From Selaginella moellendorffii (taxonomy: Eukaryota > Plantae > Lycopodiophyta), in NCBI RefSeq assembly GCF_000143415.4, contig NW_003314266.1, positions 380,503 to 444,502 on the forward strand: DNA of 64,000 nucleotides, in the 5' to 3' direction. The position numbers and the translations under genes are program-made. A model generated the notes under the pieces. The model worked only from the letters and a program-made list of their open reading frames with translations. It ran no database searches and was not told where the DNA came from. Positions within the stretch are counted from its first letter, which is position 1. Each line of letters opens with the position of its first letter. Below are positions 37,201-51,041 of this stretch, piece after piece.

Positions 37201-39700
37201 AAATAATGATGGAGGTGTGGAAGCACTAAGCAATGAGTTGTAGGACTTGACAATTATGGGGCAACTAAGTAAAGGGTGCAAGATAATTGGTTAAATGGGT
37301 AAAAGGTAGCTACCCAAAATAAGGAAGTTAAATATACCATTACGAGGGATAAATTGTTTATGTTGCAATATAGAGAATCAATGTCGAAAAAGGAAATGCT
37401 CATTGTCAAGAAGACTATCATTGAGACACCCAAACACTCTGGAACACCAGGAGGTGGTGGTTAGTTTCATAAGGGCAATAGATAAAGCCCAAGGGACTAA
37501 ATCCCTAGCAAATGATGGATAGGAGATGCCATCCAAACGTCCAAGGTTGTGGAGACGGGAGGAATCCGTCTACCCGATTTGGACAAAGCCAAAGATGGGA
37601 TTTTGGCAAGGTTAGTGATGGGCATATCGAGGCCCATAAGTAGCAACGGTAATCCCGGTATGTGGGATTATAAGTTGAGCATGCCTAAATTGAGGAACCA
37701 CTCCCTAAACTATCGGGTAAGTTCATTCCTATGATTACTTGCTAAGGCATGGTAAAATGTGCAAAGCTATCTTCCTAGTTTTGAGGAGAATAACGAAAGG
37801 AAACATATGGGGCCAAAAGGCAAGTAGTATTGGGATGAAACTGAACCATAGAAATTGAAGGACATAACCAATGGTGGTTATGTAAGTTGGGAGTGGAAAA
37901 TCAAGAGGGTTCTCGAGGATGTTGTTACTAGCAACCGCGGTGCCATGGAAAGTCTAAAATGTGGAATTATCTATGTTGGATCATATGGTGAGTAGGGAGC
38001 TTGCAAAGGAGAAGCCTTAGCAAGCTAAGGAACAGAGTTCTTTGGAGTTTCCCAAAGACAATTTTAGGTAAATAAGTACCTAGAAAGCCAAGTGTAAATA
38101 GTTCCTAGAGCGCGCGAAATCAGAGTGGCGCAGCAGAAGCGTGGTCTTGAAACTGGCTATGAAGCAAGGCTATCAAGGTTGGGGAAATAGTTCCCGAGTG
38201 TTCAAAGAGAGGGCTTTGAACAAAAGTCGATGGTTAAGGACTTTCACGCTTATGCATAAACCATGTTACGGTGGCCGGATGACTTGCTAAGTGAGATTGG
38301 CGAGTCAGGGGAACAAATCTCCTAGTTGAAGGTGCTAACTTCAAAAGGGATGGCCCATGGGGCCGAGCATGGAGGAGTCTATGCATGATCATAGACTTGT
38401 CAAGTGAGAGGACTTGGCAGTACGGAGGAACTAAGTTCCTAAGCTGTGATCTATAGCGCGCTTTAAGTATAAGTTGGTGCACCGGCGTGGGGAGTCACAC
38501 CAGGCATCCTCTGTGATGCCATCCGTAGATGCATATACGGAGGTTGGGTTCGAGTCTCAACCCTCTAGTGTTTGGGTTCGAGTCCCAAATCACTAGGGCG
38601 TGGTGATGGTTTGGAATATGAGGACACTCATTTTTTGGTGGTCATGGACTCTCAGTGAGGAGACTGGTTTGGGCACACCGCCAAGTGAGGGATGCCTCAG
38701 AGTCGTGATGCACAGTTAGATTGTTTAGTGTGGCTCGGCATATCTAACTTGAACACTTGGTGCAAGTGGCACCAAGGACATGGTGAATGAGATGGGGACA
38801 CCAAGTCTCAGTTGCTATGGACCCTTAGCCAAAAGGGCTGGCTTGAGTGCACCGCCAAATGTGGGGGATGCCCCCGGGGTCATGGTCAACAATTTAAAGG
38901 TCTGGAAGACTTAATACCTATTGGCAAACTTGTTAAGGTGCCAAAACGTGATCACTAGGTGATCTTATGGTTAAAAATAAGGACAAGGTCCTTATAAGGT
39001 TAAAGGATAAAGTTCCTAGTTCAAAGTGTTGGTTTAAACTATTGATGATGGTGTGGCTTGGTCAAGATGACCAAATGGGAAGAACACCTAAGGGAAATGA
39101 TTTATGACTATGCGATGGCATAGTGAGTTCGAAGAAAGTAGTTTTAATAAGAGACCCATGGGAGGGTCACAAAGTTGGGCTAGAGATAGAAACCATAGTA
39201 GAAAATCCTAAAGAGACGTATTAGGGGTGAACACCCTCTGGACTTGGCAAAGCAAAGTCTTTGCTATAGGACCAAAGGGATACCTCGAGAATGGAGGTAG
39301 TGATCCGATGTTGCTGGGTGCAGCAATCAAGGATAGGAGCAAAAGACTAGTGGCTAAGAAAGTTTACGAAGTTGCTTAGTTATAATGATTAACCCCAAAA
39401 TGATTAATGGTGAAATTAGTTTACTTACATGTAATAGCATTGTAATAGCTTTGACTAAATTCTTAATGGTGATCTATTATGCTAAATTTTAAGGGTTTGC
39501 CCATTAAGGAGTTAGAAAAGAGTTATAGTGTTTATTTGCTAAAGCTTGTCAATTGATTTATTAGCACTTGGAGTAAATTGTTGGATGGAGAGGATGTGCA
39601 GTTAAGGCATTAACTTTGCTAACACTTGTGCTAGTGGAGATAAAATTATTATATTGAGTGATGAGGAAATTTCTTTAAATCCTGGTTTTCCATGTTATTT
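34295..39700 (+). mobile_element. LTR plus PBS and long degenerate or non-coding internal region
   Basis: LTR about 34295-36027 (tgtgagacac...gattaca) is followed by PBS tggtatcggagc at about 36031. The internal region has no recognisable intact ORF; the right boundary is approximate. Confidence 0.7.
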
Positions 39701-39724
39701 TGAAACATTGTGGCCTTACACAAG

Positions 39725-40470
39725 CCTTGTGAGTACTCTCTCCACCTTTTGCCCTTAGGTGCCCTAGCCATATAGCTAGAGTAAGGTTCTAATGAACCAC
39801 ACTAGATATCCAAGTAAGTGGTTCCACCCACACTTAGATTGGGAGCATTAGCCATTCAATCTCCCAAGGGAGCTAGTAACTTTTAAATACTTCACCAAGT
39901 TACTTCACTTGTTTGTTTATGTTCATTCTAGTTTTAGACTCCTTAATGGTTATGGTTACTATGTAGGTATAATCTTCCTTGGTCACATTAGCCTTTCTTG
40001 GCCAAATTGGCTCTATTGGAGTCTTCCCTTTACTATACTTTTGGAGCTCACCAAACCCCCTATTGTCTGGGAGATTAATGTTTTGGGCTTTCACCCTCGG
40101 ACTCAGACTCGGACTTGGACTTGAACTCAGACTCGGAATCAAACTTAGAATCAAACTCGGACTCGGACTCAGACACAGTCTTAGGCTTGGTCTTGGTCGC
40201 ACTCTTGGTTTTAATCTTGGTCTCGGTCTTAGTCTCGGTCTCGATCTCAGACTAGATCTCGGAATCGACCTTAGACTCTATCTTAGGTCCATCTTAGACT
40301 CCATCTCAACTCTATCTCAGACTCCATCTCGAGTCCATCTCAGATCCATATCAGACTCCATCTCAGACTCCATCTCGGGTCCATTTTAGGTCTATCTTGG
40401 ACTCCACCTCGGACTCCTTCTCAAGTCCCATCTCGGACTTGTTCCTAACACTTTAATGTGTTACAACACT
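39725..40470 (-). mobile_element. Degenerate LTR fragment of the 12-bp-array family
   Basis: Colinear with about 10620-11520. Confidence 0.7.
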
Positions 40471-43460
40471 TCCCATGTGTCAGTCTTTCTTGTATCCCAT
40501 TTTTAGTATTTAGCTTTTCCCAACATATTAAATATGTCCTCAATCTTTGGTAAAAGGTATTTGTTTTTCTTTGTATACTTGTTGAGCAACAAATAGTTTA
40601 TCCACATGTGCATAGAGGCATTTTTCTTTTTCACAAATAACACTGACGCCCCATACAATGACTTGCTCAACCTAACATACCTTTTATCCACCAACTTCTT
40701 AAGTTGGCACTTAAGCTCCTCAAGTTCCTTTTCATTCAATTGATAGGGGGGACAAACTATTGCCTTATCACCCTCGATTAACTCAATTTTATGTTCTATT
40801 AGTCATGTGGAGGATAACTCTGTCGGTAACTCCTCCGGCATAGTATCACGAAATTAGTTTAATACCTATTGTATCATTGAAGGTATATCATTTATTCATA
40901 TTTTTTTGTCGCTCCCCATTAAGAGTAAGCACACAAAAATACTGCCTTGGTTTCTTTAGTGAATTGTCCTCTCATGAACACTAGGTTCAAGCAGGAGTCT
41001 TTGGCTTTACATTGCCCTACCTTTAGGCCCTGGATTATTCTCTTCAGGCATTCGCTAGTGCCATAAGGTTTTTACCTTATCCATGCAAGGCTACCACAAA
41101 CTAATTGAACTAATCCATCCTGAAGATCACATTAAATCTCACCATATCTAACATAGTAAAATCTATATCCACTTTCCATATCTCTATTTCGACTCTTGCT
41201 TATTGAAGTACCTCATTGGTGCTTAGCTACCTTAAATAAACTTTATAGTCTTTGGTTCACCCAGCCACTACACCATTAGTCTGGCTTGCTGGATTATGTT
41301 TGCAGCCATAAAATTATCTAAAGCACCCATATTAATAAGAAACTTAACAAAGTTACCTTTGAGCTTCCCTTGGAGGGCTAGTAGATGTCGCAAATGACTC
41401 TCTACCAAAGTTGCTTGTGTAATGAGTAATTTTGAGTTAAGGACTGAATCATATACCTCAGTTTGGACTTCACCCAACTTGATAGCCATATTGACTCTGG
41501 ACTTTTTTAGGTAAAGACATTCTCTCAAAAAGTGTCTTGCTTCACCACAATTGAAATGTATATTCTTTCCCATGTTGCTAGCAAATTTTATTTTCTTATC
41601 AGTGGGTTTATCCCTTTTTACCTGACTTCCCCACGTACTTGCTCTTTAGCCACTAGATCTACCTTCCCAAAATCTTAAGAACTCATTCTTAGAGAAACTT
41701 ATTTTGAATTTTCTTTTACCATATACCCCCTTTAGTTTGGCTCCTTTGCTCAATGTAAACCCCAACTATATTGTGTTCCCTTTTTGCATATTATCATTGA
41801 AATACACTTTAATAGCTACATCTAATGCTTCCTTATAGTTAGTTAAATTTTAATGCATCACCTCACCTCAAGCCCAAGCCTATAAACTTGAAGGCATGGA
41901 ACACATCCATATCACCCATGTCTGTGACAAGTATCCTTTTGGCTATAAACCTATTCAAGAGTAGTATTTGGAAGAACATAAGTTGTATTGTTCCTTGCCT
42001 TCATCATTTGTCGCGAATGTGACTTCGGGTATCGAAAGTTACCTGTCGACTAGTCCTTACGGACACTCTTACCTTACTGCCACAATGGCAGGAGGTCGGT
42101 ATTGCTGAGCCTGTTATCAGTCTCCGCCTAAGCTAGTTGAGAAACTGGTCATCACATGTGCACTTAGACCGGAAGGGCACTAAGGAAGGAAATCCTAAGT
42201 TGTCATTTAGTCAAGCAGACTTGACACGGTGATGAGAAACTCATGATATTGGCTTGCACTTGCTAGTGTTGGGAACCCCCGTGATATTGAGCTTGGTCCC
42301 TCAATATCGCTAGATGATAGCTTACCGTGTTTGCCAAACACCCTCGCTATCATGCCCTTTGTGTTAGTCTCATTTCGGTCCCAAATGCTATTTATGGAAA
42401 GCGTCCAGATTTGCTCATTTGGCATATCTACGGAACGTAGAGATCGACCTGAACACAATGGTGTTCGTCCCGTGTCCAAATTCGCAATCTAGCGCCATTC
42501 CATATTTAGTAAGTTTTGAACTTGTCCTAGAGACTAACTCCTGATACTAAGGGAGGCTTGGGGTGAAAGCCTAAAGCATATTTTTTTCAGGGGGGGGGGG
42601 GGGCTGTGGGGGGTTCCAAATGTATAGTAGGGATAGTGGGTAGGTTGGGCATGGTCGACCAACCTGAGGCATAGTCTAGCTCCCACTTGCGTGCCTATCC
42701 TTGTTCTGCGTCCGGCTTGGGTCTAAGCTCAAGTTCCATTCCATGCTAGCTGGTGGAGTACCCATATCCTCACGTTAGGCCACAGGTATGCCGAAATAGC
42801 GCCAGACTCCGTTTGGCTCCGTTTTGCGTGCTGGTCCTGGCAATGGGATGTTGGTTGCTCCAGGACTGTTCCAAGTCGCTCCGGGCTCCTGTCCCTTCGC
42901 TCCTTAGGCTGTATGCTCGGGAGTTGCTCCGTGGTTCAGTTCCGTCACTCCTTGGCTCTATGTTTGGGAGTTTGGCACCGTTCTTTCGTTCAGTGGCCTA
43001 AGGCCCTGAACCTCGGGTTCCTATGGACACGTGGCATGGACACGTGGCATGTGACACGTGGCATCTATCACGTGGCACAAAGAGGGTTTAGGTTCCGTTT
43101 CGTGGTGTTATCCTATGGTAAACCACCATAGGATAAAGGGTCAAAAACACGTGCGCTACATCATTCCAAGTGACCATTAGTCCTTCATTGGCCTTTGTTA
43201 TTCTCCACAAACACTTAGCATTATTTAATAAATATAGTTTTGCATATGGGACCTTTTCCAAGCTTGATAACTACAATGCTTAGAAGTAATCTTCCATATT
43301 GTAAAACTAATCTTCCACCATTTTAAAGTTTTTCACTCCCTTGAAGACTGGTGGGGGCTTTGGTTTGTACTTGGGAACTACTTAAGAAACTGATTCTACT
43401 TTAGTTTGTTCAACCTTGTTCGGTTTTGACTCAATCCCTACCAAAAGGTCTATGTCTTCT
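40470..43460 (-). mobile_element. Degenerate Gypsy gag-protease-RT fragment with a nested LTR (about 41960-43160)
   Basis: ORF 40503-40739 (SKSLYGASVLFVKKK, RT start); ORF 41268-41573 (zinc-knuckle remnant NCGEARHFLREC). The nested LTR ends gtgcgctaca at 43160. Confidence 0.8.
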
Positions 43461-45700
43461 TGTAAGGAACCAACTCCCTGAGGTGTTATTAGCCAAAAGC
43501 ATAACCAAAATGACAAAGAGTTCATCGAATGAGATTGAGTCTGAGATCGAGTCCGAGACTGACTTTGAGACTGATTTTGAAACCGAGTCTGAGATCGAGT
43601 TCGAAACCAAATCCAAGACCAAGTTTGACACCGAGTCCGAAACCGAGTTTGAGATCAAGTCTGAGATCCAAGATCGGGTCCAAGACTGAGTCCAAGATTA
43701 AGTCCAAGATAGAGTCCAAGGTTAGGTTTGAGATCGAGTCTGAGATTAAATCCGAAATCGAGTCTGAGACCGAGTCTGAGGTCAAGTCCAAAATTGAGTT
43801 TGAGACCGAGTTCAAAACTAATACAGATCATGGGGTGAAAGACCAAAGCACATGTCTCCTGAGGGGGCTATAGAGGGTTCCAAAAGTACAATAGAGATAA
43901 TGAGGTCCAAGAAGCAATCTTGAAGGAACTCTTCAGTAATATTTCCAAACTAACTTGAAGTTGAAGTTGGGGCTTAGGGGCCTTGGGTGGGAGTGAGCAT
44001 AAATTCAAGTGGTGTCGAAGAGGCCACCCAAGAAAGTGCTCAAGAGCAGCTCCCACTCCCAAAAGGGAAACCGACTATGGTGCTCTTGGCTTATGTGAAG
44101 TGGTGCCCCACTTAAGTACCTTGTGGCTCATTGATCCTTGCCCTTTTTAGGGGTTTGGGCCTTTCTTGCAGGATGGAATTGAGGGAGTAGGGGTACCCAT
44201 ACTGGGCCGTTAGGCCACAGTGTTTCCCCCCGATTTCTTGAAGCAAGTTTTTCATCCAAGGCTTGGGATTTAAAGGGTTCCATAATCAACTCTTGTTATA
44301 CCAAGGGATGTTAGGAACCTGGAGGTTTGGTATGCTTGACTGCTCATGCCTGTGGGGACTGTAGCCAAACCTTAAGTCTAATTGAGAAAGAGTGTGGGAA
44401 TCTATGGACGGATAGGTAATGCTTTGTTGCTCACGAAGTAAATAGTTGAAACTAAGTAGGACCAAGTAAGAGCTAATATAGTAGATAGAAATTTTGGTTA
44501 GGGAACTTAACTAAGGCCAAGGCTATAGTGGTTGGATAGACGAATTAATATAATAAATTGGAAAGGAAAAATTCGTGGCTTACAATTTGGTATCGAAATT
44601 TTTTCCTCAGTTCTAGTGAAGTATAAAGACGGATTGTTGAGAGATGGCTAAAGCAGGGCATAAAAGAACTAAGGCAGAGACAAAACCTCCTCTGAAGCTA
44701 AAGCCTCAAATCGAACAAGAAGCTATGGATGAGGAATCCTTGCACAAGGAGGACTTAAGTAAGGAATCTTCCAAATAAAAGTCTAGTGGAGAGGTTCAAT
44801 CATTCAAGGCTTAATTAAACGTTCTAGAAGGACAATTGGCACAGACCAATACCCTACTATAGACCTTCATAAACAAATTAAAGCATGACAAAAAGCGAAA
44901 GAAAAAGCAAAAGACTATAGAGGCTGGTAATGCAGAAGGCATAGACCCTTTGATGGGGATTGAGGAAAAACCAAATAAAGTTGAACAAATCGAAGTGAAA
45001 TCAATCCCCCAAATAGTTCCCATGTACAAACCAAAGCCCTCACCAGTCTTCAAGGGAATGAATGACTATAAGGTGGTGGAGGATTGATTTTATGATATGG
45101 AGGACTATTTTCGAATGTTGTGGTTAGTTGAGAAAAGCCCTAACCCTAAAGTAAACTAAATCAAGAATATTTTTAGATTTAGTTTTTCACAGGATACTAA
45201 ACTTAGAGAAAGTCCTATGTGCAAAACCATACTTAAGAGATAATGTTAAATTTTGGTGGAAAACAACAAAAGCCAACGAAAGATTGGTAGCCACTTGGGA
45301 AATGATAAAAGCAAGGATTTGTGCAACTTATGTTTTGCCAAATACTACTTTGCACTTAAAAGATGAGTTAAATAGGCTGAAGCAAGTAAGAACCATTCAA
45401 GAATATATGAATGCATTTATGGTGAAGAGGATCCTTGTCACGGATATGAATGCATTCCATGCCTTCATATTAAGCTTGCAGACCTGGGCTCAAGGTGGGG
45501 TGATGCATTAGAACCCAACCAACTACAAGGAAGTGTTAAATATAATTTTCAAGTTGTATTCAATGATAATCTGCAAAAGGGGAACACAATAAAGTTGGGG
45601 TCCATGTTTAGTAAATGAGCCAAACCAAAAGAGACATATGCCAAAGGGAAATTTAAAAAAAGTTTCTTTAAGAATGAGTCTTTAGGGTTTTGGAAAGTGT
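43461..45700 (+). mobile_element. Gypsy 5' LTR, PBS and degenerate gag, truncated
   Basis: LTR 43461-44584 (tgtaagg...ggcttaca); PBS-like tggtatc at 44588; gag remnant TWEMIK...LKQVRTIQEYMNAF at 45284-45511. Confidence 0.78.
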
Positions 45701-46335
45701 TAGTTTGCAAAGTTCTTCACATTTTTCAAAAGTACCTTGAATCTTTTGGCTTGGTTGACCACTTGAGTACCAAACCAATCATCTCGTTCACGGAGGACAA
45801 ATGAGGTGAAGTGTGTGGTATTGTTTCTCCCTTGGGAACCTTGTACTATGTCTATGGCTACTAACATTAGTGTGCAATCCAAGATCATGGTGTTACAATC
45901 AAAGTTGCAGACCATGCTATCAAGAGAAATGTTGTTTGGACCGACAAGCACCACATTTGTCTTGTTGTTGTGCTTGACCACATCCTTGAAAGTTACGTCC
46001 ACGTTTTGCTGCTTCCAAGTCAAATGATTTCAAAACCAGTGACACAGGATCCTGTGATCCTGAGAGGCACTGTGACACAAAGAGATTATATAAGCATAAC
46101 TGAGAAGAGCAAGTCATATGATTCATGAGCTTACCATAAGTGACAAGCTTCCACTAGGAGTTTCCACCATGGGTGGATGTCACCACTGGCACCCCGTCTT
46201 TAAAGCTGGAGTGTGGCTCAAGAATACGGACGAATTCCCAGTCATTGTGATGGAGACTTGATCATCCGAGCTTGCGGATACAGACCAGAGGAGAGGATTG
46301 TCCTCAACTACCGGATCATAGTCTCCAACAGTTGC
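45700..46335 (-). pseudogene. EUL lectin fragment (copy A)
   Basis: TWKQQNVDVTFKD and FKDGVPVVT segments are shared with the other copies; truncated at both ends. Confidence 0.75.
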
Positions 46336-46639
46336 CTTGAAGATTTCATTTAGAGCAATGAAGTCAGTAATTTATACCTTGACAATTCAAATTTTAATTT
46401 ATTACACAAGAATATTTTTTAAGAACGCTAATACAGAATATTTATTAGTTAACCGTCTTCCCTTTTTGCCAACCTAAACACATTCGTTTTTTTGGGAAGT
46501 ATATGAATTGATTACAAAAACTGGTGACATTGATCATACTGCAGCTGATTAAACATTTAGAAGTGTAATTATTCATATGAACATTCATGCATAGATCTAG
46601 CATCTTCTCATCTCATTTATGAACATAAAAGTCCCAGCT

Positions 46640-47901
46640 AAACATTGTTCACTGGATTGAATTTCCAGGTCTGCTGCTCAACATATCCTTGGTTTGCAGA
46701 TGCTGGGCGAAGAACGAGAGGATGATATCACGCACTGTTCTGGTCCTGATCGTCGTTCTGCAGAGACCACTGCAAGTTCGTTCCATCCAGATTGATGGTC
46801 ACATAGTCCGTGTTTCAAGCCTGGAATCGGTCCTCAGACCACACAAAACCGTAGTCAAGAGGATCAAATTGAGTCAAGAGCACCTGCCATGAAAGGTATC
46901 TTTTGTTTAGCTTGCAAAGTCCTTCAAAAGTTTTAGGACTTACCTTGTCTCCTGAGTGCTAGACCAGTCTTGTTTATTAGGATAAACCAGGTAAAGTACG
47001 TGGTATTGTCTCGGCCACCAGCAGGAACCTTGAACCATGCCTATTACAATAATACGAATGAGATCCAAGATGATAGTGTCAGACAAAGTCACAAACCATG
47101 CCGTCGAGAGAAATGTTGTTTGGACTAACAGCCACCACGTTTGTCTCGTCGTTGTGCATGATTGCATCCTTGAAAGTTACGTCCACATTTTGCTGCTTCC
47201 AAGTCAAGTAATTGCCAAACCAGTGGCACAGAATCCTGTACACATGCGAAGGCACTGTGCAGCACAACGAGAAAAATCAAAAGGAATTGACCAGAAGTCT
47301 AGAGGATTACCATAAGCAACGATCTTCCACCTAGAGTTTTCACCCTGGGAAGATGTCACCACTGGCACTCCGTCTTTAAAGCTGGACCTCGACGACGAAG
47401 TGTGGCTCAAAAACACGGACGAATTCCCAGTCTCTGTGACGAAGACTTGATCGTCCGAGCTTCCGGAAATAGACCAGAGGAGAGAATTGCTCTCGACTGC
47501 CGGATCATAATCTCCAACAGTAAGCTGGATCAGAGCTGGATAGAGAAAAATTCAAGTGTGAGACAAACTTGTCGTGATTTATATACCTTGGCAGTGCTCC
47601 GGGAAGTTGAGGATGACTGGGAGCGAAGAGCTTTCTTGGAGCCGTGGTTTATAAACACCAACGCGGAGAGGTCACTGTTATCCTCGCTCAGGAACTGCCA
47701 TGACTCATCCCTGTACCAGAGCTGCACAAGAGATCAAAACCAAGATGCTAGATCTGGATTGACACAGATTGATACCTGGAAGGGATTGAGCGCATCCTTG
47801 AACTTGAGAACAATCTGGGTGCCTTGCTGAGTAATGCAGTAGCCAAGACAAGCAGTGGACTCGATGGTGTAGAGCTTTGGAACTGCTGTGAGAGGTTCCA
47901 T
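46640..47901 (-). pseudogene. Two-domain EUL (ricin-B-like) lectin pseudogene (copy B)
   Basis: Same six-exon structure as copy C, with a frameshifting deletion at the end of exon 5 and a premature TGA in exon 6. Confidence 0.75.
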
Positions 47902-48053
47902 TTTTAAGAGCTAGAGTAACTCTGAGATCTAGGCCCATTTTATACCACCACAACCTCGTGGAGCGCATGGGAATTCATCGAGGGAAAAGGAGGCAAGTAG
48001 GATCGAACTAGTCACCTATCGGACTGCAGGCGATTGGCTAGGTTTACAGAGAA

Positions 48054-48965
48054 TGCGAGGGAGGAGGAAGCGAAAAATAGAAGCAGCCGCCCAAGCAGCG
48101 GCGGCGGCAGCGAACTGTCGCTGGCGTCCCTGATCGGCGAAGGTGAGGCAAAATCTCGCTGCGATTGTTGGATGTGAATTGATCGGTCTTTCTTGCGAGA
48201 GAAATGTAGGCTTGCAGCGCCCTGGATTTTTCTTTTTCTTACGAGATTTGGACGCTTCTACGCTTGAGTCGGTCCAGCATCATGGTAAGTTTCTGGATCA
48301 TATTTTATTCCATCTCCTCGTCTTCTCTTTCATTTGTTTCGGATGCTTGCAAAATCTATTTGCTTATCCTTGGTATAGCGTAATGTGCAGTTCAAAATCT
48401 ACGAGCCACTGGAATACGAATTTGACGTCTGCGAAACTGGGAACAGGTATTTTCCTGCAAAGTTTGCTCTTCATTGCTCTGGAAGTAACACTTTGAGGTT
48501 GCAGCATCGGAAACTTCCCGATGGCTGGATGGACTACGCTGCGAAACGAATAGCACAACTGTAAGCTAAGCTTGACGTTGATGGAAGTCTTTTATATCGT
48601 TGTGCAGGGGTGCAGCTAACTGTTCCAAGAACATATACTATCGCCAAAGCCATTGTTTTGGCCGCGCCAGTTTGAGACAGGTGGGAAACTTGGAAGACGG
48701 AGTTTGGAAAGGAGATAGATGCTCGCGATATTGTCATCTGAGACAATGAGGCACCAGTGACCACGGTAATCATCTAAAGCTTGCATCTTACTGAGAGCTC
48801 ACAAAAGTTTATTTATTTATTTATTTTACATTTCACAGAAATACACAAAGCATATTGCCATGAAACGGAGTTTTCGGTTGATGCTCGTGGAGTCGTAAGA
48901 AACCTGCTTGAGGTTGCAAAGGGATCTGGTACGTAGTAAATTCTAGACTCGGTGGATATGTATGG
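48054..48965 (+). pseudogene. Internally deleted sialyltransferase-like (GT29) pseudogene
   Basis: Patchwise near-identity to 51042-52270 ([37 protein letters not shown]), with deletions and a stop. Confidence 0.85.
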
Positions 48966-49152
48966 TTTTATGGAATGATAGTCGATAGTCATAATGTTTT
49001 TGTTTTTCCTTAAATCTTCGATCCTTGCAGACACTGGAAATGAACGAAAGCTGATGGCTTCCATGGGAAAAGGAAACAAATGGGGAGTGCTCAGCTTCTT
49101 TTTCCCGTGAAAAGCCTTGTTATTTGCAAGAAGAAAAGTGGTAAGCGGTCCC

Positions 49153-50439
49153 TTATGTGGCTGATAAATTCCCTGCCACCACTGGATTGAATTTCCAGGC
49201 CTGCTGCGTACCAAATGCTTGGTTTGCAGATGCCGGGCGAAGCACGAGAGGATGATACCACGCACTGTTCTGATACTGATTGTCGTTCTGCAGAGCCCAC
49301 TGCAAGTTGGTTCCATCCAGATTGATCGCGAGATAGTCCGTTTTTGAAGCCTGGAATCGGTTCTCAGACCACACGAAACCGTAGTCGAGAGGATCATATT
49401 GAGTCAAGAGCACCTGCCATGATCATCCAATTCGTTTAGTTTGCGAACTTCTTCAAGTTTTCAACAGTGTGCACTAGTTACCTTGTCTCCCGGCTTGGTT
49501 GACCCCTTGAGAGCAAGACCAGTCACCTTGTTTATGAGAACGAACGAGGTGAAGTACGTGGTATCATCTCTTCCTCCAGCGGGAACCTTGTACCATGTCT
49601 ATATGTAATAAAATAGAATGAGATATGATTACAAAGAACGACAAAAAGTACAAACCATGCCGTCGAGAGGAACGTTGCTTGGATGAATAGCCACCACGTT
49701 TGTCTCATCGTTGTGCTTGACTGCATTCTTGAAAGTTACATCCACATTTTGCTGCTTCCAAGTCAAGTATTGCTCATACCAGTCGCATATAATCCTGTAC
49801 TCTTGAGAAGGCTCTGTGCAGCATCATCATATGAACCACAACCGAGAAGAACAAATCATATGCTTACCGTAAGTGACGAGCTTCCAGTGGGAGTTTCCAT
49901 CGCTGTTGGATGTCACCACTGGCACCCCATCCTTGAAGCTAGCACTTGAGGAAGTGTGGCTCAGAAAAAATGACTTGTTTCCAGTCATGGTGATCAAGAC
50001 TTGATTTTCGTGGCTCCCGGAAATACGCCACAGGAGATAATCGTCTTGGACTGCCGGATCATAGTCTCCAATAGTAGCCTTTTGCCATCAAAATTCCATA
50101 TGATCAGCAACAGTGTATAGTATGAATACTGTTTTCTGTTTACCTTGCTTCGAGACGTTGAGTGTGCCTGGGACCGGAGAGCTTTCTTAGAGCCGTGGTT
50201 TACAAACACGAACGCGGAGTCCTGGTTCAGCAAGTTCCATGACTCATCCCTGTACCACAGCTGCACAAGAGTTTCCCATGATGATCGACAACCGGCAAAG
50301 TTTCCAAAGATTTTACCTGGAAGGGGTTGAGCGCGTCCTTGGACCTGAGAACAATCTGGGTGCCTTGCTGAGTAATGCAATAGCCAGGATAAGCAGCGGA
50401 CTCGATGGTGTAGAACTTTGGAGCTGCTGTGAGAGCCAT
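49153..50439 (-). CDS. Two-domain Euonymus-lectin (EUL, ricin-B-like) protein, six exons, apparently intact (copy C)
   Basis: Splices in frame through FQ|LWYRDESW, AFVFVNHGSKKALR, YDPAVQDDYLLW, KDGVPVV, WKLVTY, then WYKV, FVLINKVTGLALKGS, VLLTQYDP, QAWKFNP. Both halves follow the EUL consensus (QHWYKD, FALVNKATG-ALK, YNP-LW, DGT-VV, QRWK). Confidence 0.78.
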
Positions 50440-51041
50440 GTCTCTAAACTCTTAAGAAAAGACTAAAGCTTTTGAGAAGCCAAAGGGATGAGTGTGAAGT
50501 TATAGAGCTCTTTGAACGTATGCCAATTTATATAGTGGCAAGCTTCTCTCGCATTATCCCATGTGTTTCACACTGTCTTCCACTTCCTTACGCTTCTTAC
50601 ACTGACTTTGTGCCTGCCATATCCCATGTGTTTTTTGTGCCTGGTAGCGTTGGTTGAAAGGTTGAGTTATAAGCAAGCTTATCCATGGTGTAATAAAAAA
50701 TGTTTTAAAATTATTTTTAATGAATATATTAGTGATATAATATCTAACAAATATTAAATTTATTTATTGATAAGGGTAAAGTCACAAAAAGATGAAAATT
50801 AATAAATGTAAGTTAATAATATAAAAACTTAGAAATCATTATTTTAGGCGTCGCAACGCTTGTTTTGTTAGAAGAAATTATTTGGCGAAGGAGGCAACCA
50901 CGAGTGAACTGGTGACCTATCGGACTGCAGCCGATTGCTCTACCTCCATTAACATGTTAATTAACTGAGTCTTCTTTAATCTGACAGCTGAGCGAGCTAG
51001 GTTTACAGGGACGAGCGCGCTTGATCAGTGCGTAGGAGAAA